Source: Amphiscolops sp. MND2022 (taxonomy: Eukaryota). Taken from it: a stretch of 64,000 bases of DNA. The notes under the pieces are model-generated. The model was not told the DNA's origin. It searched no databases and was given only the letters and a program-made list of their open reading frames with translations. Location of the stretch: assembly GCA_964187785.1 (NCBI GenBank), contig OZ076415.1, positions 13,454,001 to 13,518,000 of the forward strand. The letters are read 5' to 3'. Below are positions 56,600 through 64,000 of the stretch, piece by piece. Each line of letters begins with the position of its first letter. Positions within the stretch are counted from its first letter, which is position 1. The position numbers and the translations under genes are program-made.

Positions 56600-59500
56600 T
56601 TAACATTACATAATGCTTCCCATTCCATTTACATTATCTCCACAACAAACATCTGCTCGTTGAATAACTCAAGATGTAATACCTTTCGTAAACAATCTAA
56701 TTTTTCAAAACACAAATCCACTTTCATTGAAACTGAACCACACTCTATACATACAATACCATTACTTCGAGAACACACTTAGTTAGATGCATACCTTTAT
56801 TACTTCAGGTATAAAACCTTTGACATTACACCTTCACAACAAAATTTTCAAGTCATTTTCAATCCCGTACAAGATGTTAATTCAGGAACAATTTATAGAA
56901 ATATTCATCCTCAAAATTTAACACTATCGATCCAAGATGTTTTTACTACCTATATAGACAAACTTATTGAACATAATGAGAACTTAGATAGACCACAATA
57001 TCGACCTTCTCTTCTCGAAAGTTTAAAAGAAAAAGCATCTCTTTCGTTATACCAGATATAGACACAAAAATTATACGCCATAATAATCCTCATTATTGGC
57101 TTCAACAAGATCTTTAACAAGTCACAAACTTTCAGTACAGATTTTTCCAAAATATTATACTAGATGTTGATACTATACCACAAATCAAAACCTTCTCTCA
57201 CTTTCTCCTAAACTTTTTAAGATTTAACTATCAACTGTTATGGGAACAAAAAGATCAAAACGCATACGTTTATTTTCTCCAGGTACTTACTGATACTGAA
57301 CTCCTACCATTTATTATCCGAAACGATTTCAAACACCCTTTTAAAAAAAATTTCACAACTTTTCCCATATCTAATATTGACTCTATAATCATTTCTGATT
57401 TCCTTATCGAACAATCCGAAACTTCAGATAATAGACCTCATACGAATTTACTTCAAAATACCACTGATGACCATGAGAATGTATTATCTGAAACTTCTGT
57501 CAATAGACTTAATATAAATTTATTTCAAGACAACACTACTGACGATGAACCTGTAATTCAACGTCAACCAACTACTCCACAACAACCATCACAAGTAACA
57601 CATGATACAGCCGAATCCGTACAAGGTATTCTCACAAATCCACCTAACACTTCTATTACTACAGATTCTAATGCTATTCAGATACCTACTCGAAACATTA
57701 CAGAACATACTGATCATATTTTCAAACAAGAAAGCCCTAACCCTTCTACAACATTCGTAACAAATACTATTGACACACAACCACCTCAATTACATCACAC
57801 AATACAACGAAATTATGATCCACCACTTCCCCCATGTGAGATTTCTACCCATAGTACTCCTCATAATTCACCTCAACAGGGTTCTTCCAATACTTTTTCC
57901 ATCAGACAAAACCTCTTACATGAAACTCAGTTTCACACAAGTACTACACCAATACAATCTCATCAAACACTACAATACCTTCCTGCTCAACCATCTGTAT
58001 CATCCAATACTTCTATATTAACTATTAATACTTTACATACTAATCCTATAACTAATGTTACTACTTCTCGCAATTTGTCAAGACCTCGTTTACCACTTAT
58101 TCAAAATAACCCACTTTCATTCAATCTTATTAGTACCAATCTCCATTCACACTCCTTTTCAAATAATTCAGCCCACTAATACAAATATACAATCTTCTGC
58201 TATAAATTTTCATCCTCATATTCCTTCTACTACAACACAAACAATTCCACCTATTCAACCAATGACCCAATCTCAAACCAATGCTCTCAATATACCTCCC
58301 ACATTCTTTAATCCTTCTACTACTCATACTCTACCTCCAACTACTTTACCTCTGTCTACTTTAAGTACTCCAACATACATTAACTCTGCTACATCTATTT
58401 CAGAACCTATTAAACTTTTTGATGGTTTAGACCATAATTACACACCAGAAGAATACTTACAACACATTGAAGCCCGTGTTACATTTTCGTTAGGATTACA
58501 ACCTACCACTGTTAATGAAAAGTTGGCATGCTCGCCGAATAGATTTTAGACAATGTTCACTCACTGGAACTGCTCTTAGTTGGTACATTCGCTCAAACGA
58601 TACTTATAAACAAGATTGGAACGCTTTTGTACAAGCTTTCAAAAAACAATCATCTTCACAAAAAAACGCCTATTATGCCCAAGTTGAAGCTCTCATTTAA
58701 CAAAAAAGGATAATGAAACTGTTCGCCATTTTCACTTAAAGTCCAAGAACTCGTTGAAAAAGGCTGGTGTGATGAAAATGCATCAACCATCAACCTTAAA
58801 TGCAATGAAATCTTTACCAAAGGCCATCCCAAAAACCTAAGTGATTTTGCAAATAAACTACAAGTTAAACATACTTCTACTGTTTCAGAACCTTCAATTC
58901 CTTTCCATACACTTGTAAAACTTGTAGATGCTGAATACATAGCAAATGACAAAATGCGCACACATGATCTAACCCTTGAAGTCAAAATTACAAAACAACT
59001 ACAAAATCAAACATTAGACTCACAACAATCTGATCAAAGAATGTTTACACAACCACGAGTTGCAAATAATAAAACAAAATCCGCTTACAAAAAGCACTGC
59101 ACCTATTGTCATAGAACAAACCACTCTATCTCAGCCTGTTTCAAAAAACAACGAGATGATGAAGATAAACGTGATACTTATGCACGATCAAAGTCTCCTC
59201 AAAAATCTTTTGTACAATATTTTTGTTCTTCCTCCAATGATAAAACACCAAGATATGATTCAAGACCAAATGACTATTCCACTCGCTATCATAGTCGAAA
59301 AACATCTTCACATGGTTATCAAAAATCCAATATTTCTCAATATCGACAACGATTTACTTCTAGACCTCGTTACAATTATAATCGAACTACTACTTCTCCA
59401 CATTATACCCGGTCTCTGTATGACAACTATCAAAGAGATTCTCGTTCACATCGTTAACCATACAGATCTTCTTACAGATCACCTTACAGACGTGATTCAC

Positions 59501-59700
59501 GTCCCCGATATAAATCTCGATCTTACTCCAGAGATAACAACTTTCAAAGATATACTGCTTCTTACAGACCGCCGTCCAGACCTAGAGATTCTCGATATTC
59601 TCGATCTCGTTCACATTCTCGTTCACACGAAACAAAATTAACAATATTCAACAACAAACTTTTACAGATCCAATCAACTTGGGAATTTACATGTATCACC
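56600..59700 (+). pseudogene. gag: gag remnant of element C
   Basis: N-terminal domain (IPLLREHT*LDAYLYYFRYK...); Pro/Thr-rich linker; EPIKLFDGLDHNYTPEEYLQHIEARVTF; SLTGTALSWY; CTYCHRTNHSISAC (59098-59139); Arg/Ser-rich tail. Confidence 0.9.
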
Positions 59701-59798
59701 CAACAGAAATGGCAAATGCATTAACTCCTACAAGCTGGTTTTACTCTTTAGATACACATGCTTCTCCCAATCAAACCAACGTGACTATCCTTCGAGAC

Positions 59799-60768
59799 TC
59801 GAAATTTCTTTCCTTATGTATATTGGTGCTTCAATTTATGTAATAAACCATCCTACCTATATTACTATTGCAAAACTTCTTCAAATTAAACAAAATAACC
59901 GACCTAATTCGTCGAAAACACTCACAGTCGCAAATCAAACGGAAGCTCCTTTTTTACACTACGTGATCATTACTTTGAATACTACCATCGAAGATGACTC
60001 CCGTCAATTTACAATACCGTTTGCAGTAGCTGATATAAAATATAATATCCTTGGGACACCTTGCTTTGAAGAAAATAAACAAAACATAAATATCCAAGAT
60101 TTTACATTACAATTCAAACAACACTCAAGAGTACATCCTAAGTATGCTACATTCACTTCACTATTATCCAAAGATTACCCATATTTTTCTGATATCTACA
60201 GAACTAAATCCAAAACACAAATTCGTCTAAAACCAAATTCTTCACAAATTGCACATTTTTCTATAAACAATTACTACAAACTTCGAAATTTCTTTCCTTT
60301 TGGATATTGGTGCTTCAATTTATGTAATAAACCATCCTACCTATATTACTATTGCAAAACTTCTTCAAATTAAACAAAATAACCGACCTAATTCGTCGAA
60401 AACACTCACAGTCGCAAATCAAACGGAAGCTCCTTTTTTACACTACGTGATCATTACTTTGAATACTACCATCGAAGATGACTCCCGTCAATTTACAATA
60501 CCGTTTGTAGTAGCTGATATAAAATATAATATCCTTGGGACACCTTGCTTTGAAGAAAATAAACAAAACATAAATATCCAAGATTTTACATTACAATTCA
60601 AACAACACTCAAGAGTACATCCTAAGTATGCTACATTCACTTCACTATTATCCAAAGATTACCCATATTTTTCTGATATCTACAGAACTAAATCCAAAAC
60701 ACAAATTCGTCTAAAACCAAATTCTTCACAAATTGCACATTTTTCTATAAACAATTACTACAAACTTC
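59799..60768 (+). repeat. 484-bp tandem duplication of the protease region of element C
   Basis: 59799-60284 repeated at offset 484 with 3 visible differences. The second copy keeps LLDIGAS; the first has LMYIGAS. Confidence 0.97.
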
Positions 60769-61299
60769 ATCTCTCGTCAACACCCCACAAACAGTTTTTC
60801 CCCACCATTCCACATACCTACATTTCGTCAAAATTTCGTTCAACTTCCAAGTTCGTTGAAGTACTTACAGAGAACAAGCCAGACACTTGTGCTACAATTA
60901 TTCAAAACTCTACAAATCATATTGCAACACTACCTATAGGACATATTGGATATATCTAAATCCCAATACCTAATGAAAAACCTAAATATTACCAAGTGAA
61001 TGACAAAAACACGCTTATACTCAATGTCACCTATACGTACTAGCCGGAACTTACAGAACCTTACCACTAACAAATTACTCAATACCTCCAGAACAACAAT
61101 CAACTTCTTCAACACCCTTTTCCCCACATCAAGTCTAAATGACTAATCTAAATCCATTGCCACGTACATTGTCTCTTTATAATGTGCAGCCTACTTCTCA
61201 TTCTTCACAACCTAGAGTATTCCCTTCTCTACCATATTCACCAGAAAATCTCAATTTTATCAACAAGTTCAACTTCCAATTCTCTGACCTTACAGATAC

Positions 61300-62750
61300 T
61301 GAATATATTACACTTTGTAATATCTTACTCAAATGTAAAACCTGCTATGCTACCCATAAAAATGACGTTGGCAAGATTGCAACTCCTTTCCGTATCCGAC
61401 TCAAACCAAATGCTTAATTAATTGCACAACGTCGTTCTAAAGTACCCATTCGCTATCGTGATAAACTCAATACTCTTCTCAAAGAATTAGAAAAACATAA
61501 TATTATAAAACAAATTGGTTCTTCTCCTCAGGATACACCAGTTTATGGTACTACTTATTTAAATCCCCTCATTATTATTCCCAAAGGTGATTCTATCAAA
61601 TGTGTATTAGATGCACGTTACCTTAACTCCAATACAGAACAATCAGACGAATCCTGGCCTATTGAACCTCTTGCTCCCCAACTAGCACGCGCAAACAAGA
61701 AATATAAATGTGCATTAGACCTCAAGTACGCCTATGCACATACACCTCTAGACGAAGAAACTCTTAAACTTACAAGTTTCTCTTCTGGTGACAAACTCTT
61801 TGCTTTCATACGAGGCTTTTACGGTCTCAAAGGACTCCCAAATTTCTTTACTAAACAAATGTCAACATTCTTTAGAACACTTATAGCACAAGGTTTTGCT
61901 CTTGTTTATATCGATGATATTTTACTTTTATCAGACTCTAAAGATCACCTGTTTCAACTTATTGAACAATTACATCTTATAAGCACAAAACATAATCTTA
62001 AACTTGCTCCTGAAAAATCCTTTTTCATGCTTCTCAAAATTAAGTTTCTAGGACATGAAATAGGTTACAACACTATCAAACCCATACATTCCAAAATTGC
62101 AGCAATACACAAAATACCTTCCCTCACTGGAAAAGTTGCTCTAATGAAATTCTCAGGCACACTTACCTCTTACACCAAGTTAATCGAAAAACTTCACATT
62201 TTTTTCAAACCATTTTATGATTTATTACATGAAAATACTTCCTGGAAATGGACTGAAGAACATGAACGCTTATTTCAAACAGTAAATACATCTCTTACCT
62301 CTGACACAGCACTTACAATTCCTAATACCAAAACATCCGTTTTTCGTTTCTGTCGACGCTTCATTCATTGGATTAGGTGCTGTTCTCTTCCAATTGAATG
62401 AACAAAATTAAATGAAAGTAATCTCTTACAATTCCCGTATATTGAACCCCCAAGAACAAAAACTCTCTACTCTTGAACGCGAACGTATTGGCATAGTACA
62501 CGCTCTTCAAATTTACGAATTTATCATAATCGGATCACCCCGTCCTATCCATATATTCACTAACCATAAACCTCTTTTACAATGTTTTACAAAAAAGGGA
62601 AACCTCAGTCCACGTTTCTATAGAGCACAAATGCAACTCACAAAATTTTCAAAACTTAAAAAACATACATACTCCTGGAAAAAACTTTTCCGTTGCTGAT
62701 TTACTTAGTAGATCTTTTGCAAAAGAAGAACTTCAAATAAATCAATTCAA
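61300..62750 (+). pseudogene. pol: RT-RNaseH remnant of element C
   Basis: YLNPLIIIPKGDSIKCVLDARYLNSNT; YIDD at 61907-61918; ISYNSRILNPQEQKLSTLERE; IFTNHKPLL. Confidence 0.93.
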
Positions 62751-63619
62751 ACAAAAACACCTTCCACCTCATATTGACTTTACAATAGTACAAAATAATG
62801 CACTTAAACCCGTACATTACCTAATTGAACATGAAGAAGTTTTACCTCATCAAAAACATGATTCTCATACAATTCTCGCAGAATATGGAACAGACCAATT
62901 TTCATTACGTATTAATGACAAAGGAAACGATATTATAGTTAAACCTTTAAACTCATTTTCCTTTAAGCTGTTACTCCTTTTCAAATCAAATTCAAAAAAC
63001 CTATCAAAAAACATAATCAGTCCCTTCATCAACAATCTCCCCTACTCAACGATACCGATGTTACAAGTGATGATGATGAACACATTTACACTAGAATTCC
63101 AAAAAATACTTCTTCTTTCTCCTTCAATGGCACGTTACACGGACAAGAAGAATCCTTTTCCACAATAACTAAACCAAACCTCAACACAACACCATCGTCA
63201 ATATCAGAATCTACCTCTGTTAGAGATGTACAAACCAATTCACCACTTATGACACACTCTCCACAAGTAGTACCTTTTTACGATCCTTCCTTCTTTAAAT
63301 ACAAAACATATTTTCAAGGCTTCTTCCTTCCTGATGACTACTCATTAGACCTTAAAACACTCCAAGTCCAACAATTTCAGGACACGGTTCTTCAGACTGT
63401 ATATTCATGGATATCTCGAAACGAAAAACATTAATTTCTTACTCCTCTAATTACTGGTAATCTTTTCCTACATGCATATTACAAACGGTTTACACAGCCT
63501 TTCATCGACACCACTACCAATCTTATAAGCCTTTATATAACAAATCCACTTCCTCCTGAAACACACCCTATTTCAATTCCCAAATTACTACATAGTACTA
63601 TTAGAATTTGCCTCCCTTT

Positions 63620-64000
63620 TAGAATGTTTCAAACTGAATTTAACAAACTTCATGACATGAGTGACATTCTCATACAGGTATCAAAATAACTTTTATACTT
63701 TCTCTCAATATTCTTATCTTCCTTATCTAGAAAAATGACTCTCTACTTTTATACATGGTTGTCTAGAATGTCAACGAAACAAACATTTCAATGTGAAAAT
63801 ACAGACTGCTCCTACAAAGCCGTTTTCGGAACATGCTCCTTCCTTCAATTACAGAATTTCAATGGATACAAAAGGACCCATAAATCCTCCATCACAACAC
63901 AAATCATACATTCACGTCATAGTTGACGCTTTCAGCCACTTTATTGTTACTGTCCCAATCAAATCGAACAATGCCAAAACTGCAGTTAAAACTTTACTAC
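63620..64000 (+). pseudogene. pol: Integrase N-terminal part of element C (truncated by window edge)
   Basis: IHGCLECQRNKH zinc finger; RISMDTKGPINP (first catalytic D at 63865); VIVDAFSHFIVTVP. Confidence 0.9.

Larger units (their letters stand above)
55023..64000 (+). mobile_element. Degenerate Ty3/gypsy LTR retrotransposon C (same family as A and B; 3' part outside window)
   Basis: LTR, PBS TGGTGCGACC, gag with CCHC, PR, RT YIDD, RH, start of INT. Confidence 0.95.

Overview
AT-rich eukaryotic DNA, probably an invertebrate animal. It is dominated by decayed Ty3/gypsy-type LTR retrotransposons; no bacterial-type genes, rRNA, tRNA or CRISPR were found. Four elements can be mapped. A (minus strand, 1-7801) runs off the left edge. 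B (minus, ~10100-26878) has gag-PR-RT-RH-INT followed by an env-like glycoprotein remnant and a further unknown ORF. D (plus, ~40150-44990) is a different gypsy lineage with no LTRs found. C (plus, 55023-64000) runs off the right edge. All are disrupted by stops and frameshifts. Three short exon-like segments on the minus strand (46051-46131, 28155-28218, 8232-8446) have canonical splice sites and splice into one open frame. This suggests a host gene whose 18-20 kb introns hold elements B and D, with A downstream of the last exon found and C upstream of the first. Other structure: a 3.3 kb inverted repeat pair, two tandem duplications inside elements, a 112-bp tandem array, a foldback/MITE-like family and a 200-N gap in a (TA)n tract. 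Most notable: (1) a candidate class III viral fusion glycoprotein plus an extra ORF in a gypsy element; (2) arrays of covarying RNA hairpins in the 5' leaders of A, B and C; (3) the cryptic host gene. Domain calls come from manual translation and motif recognition only; no searches were run, and many boundaries are approximate.
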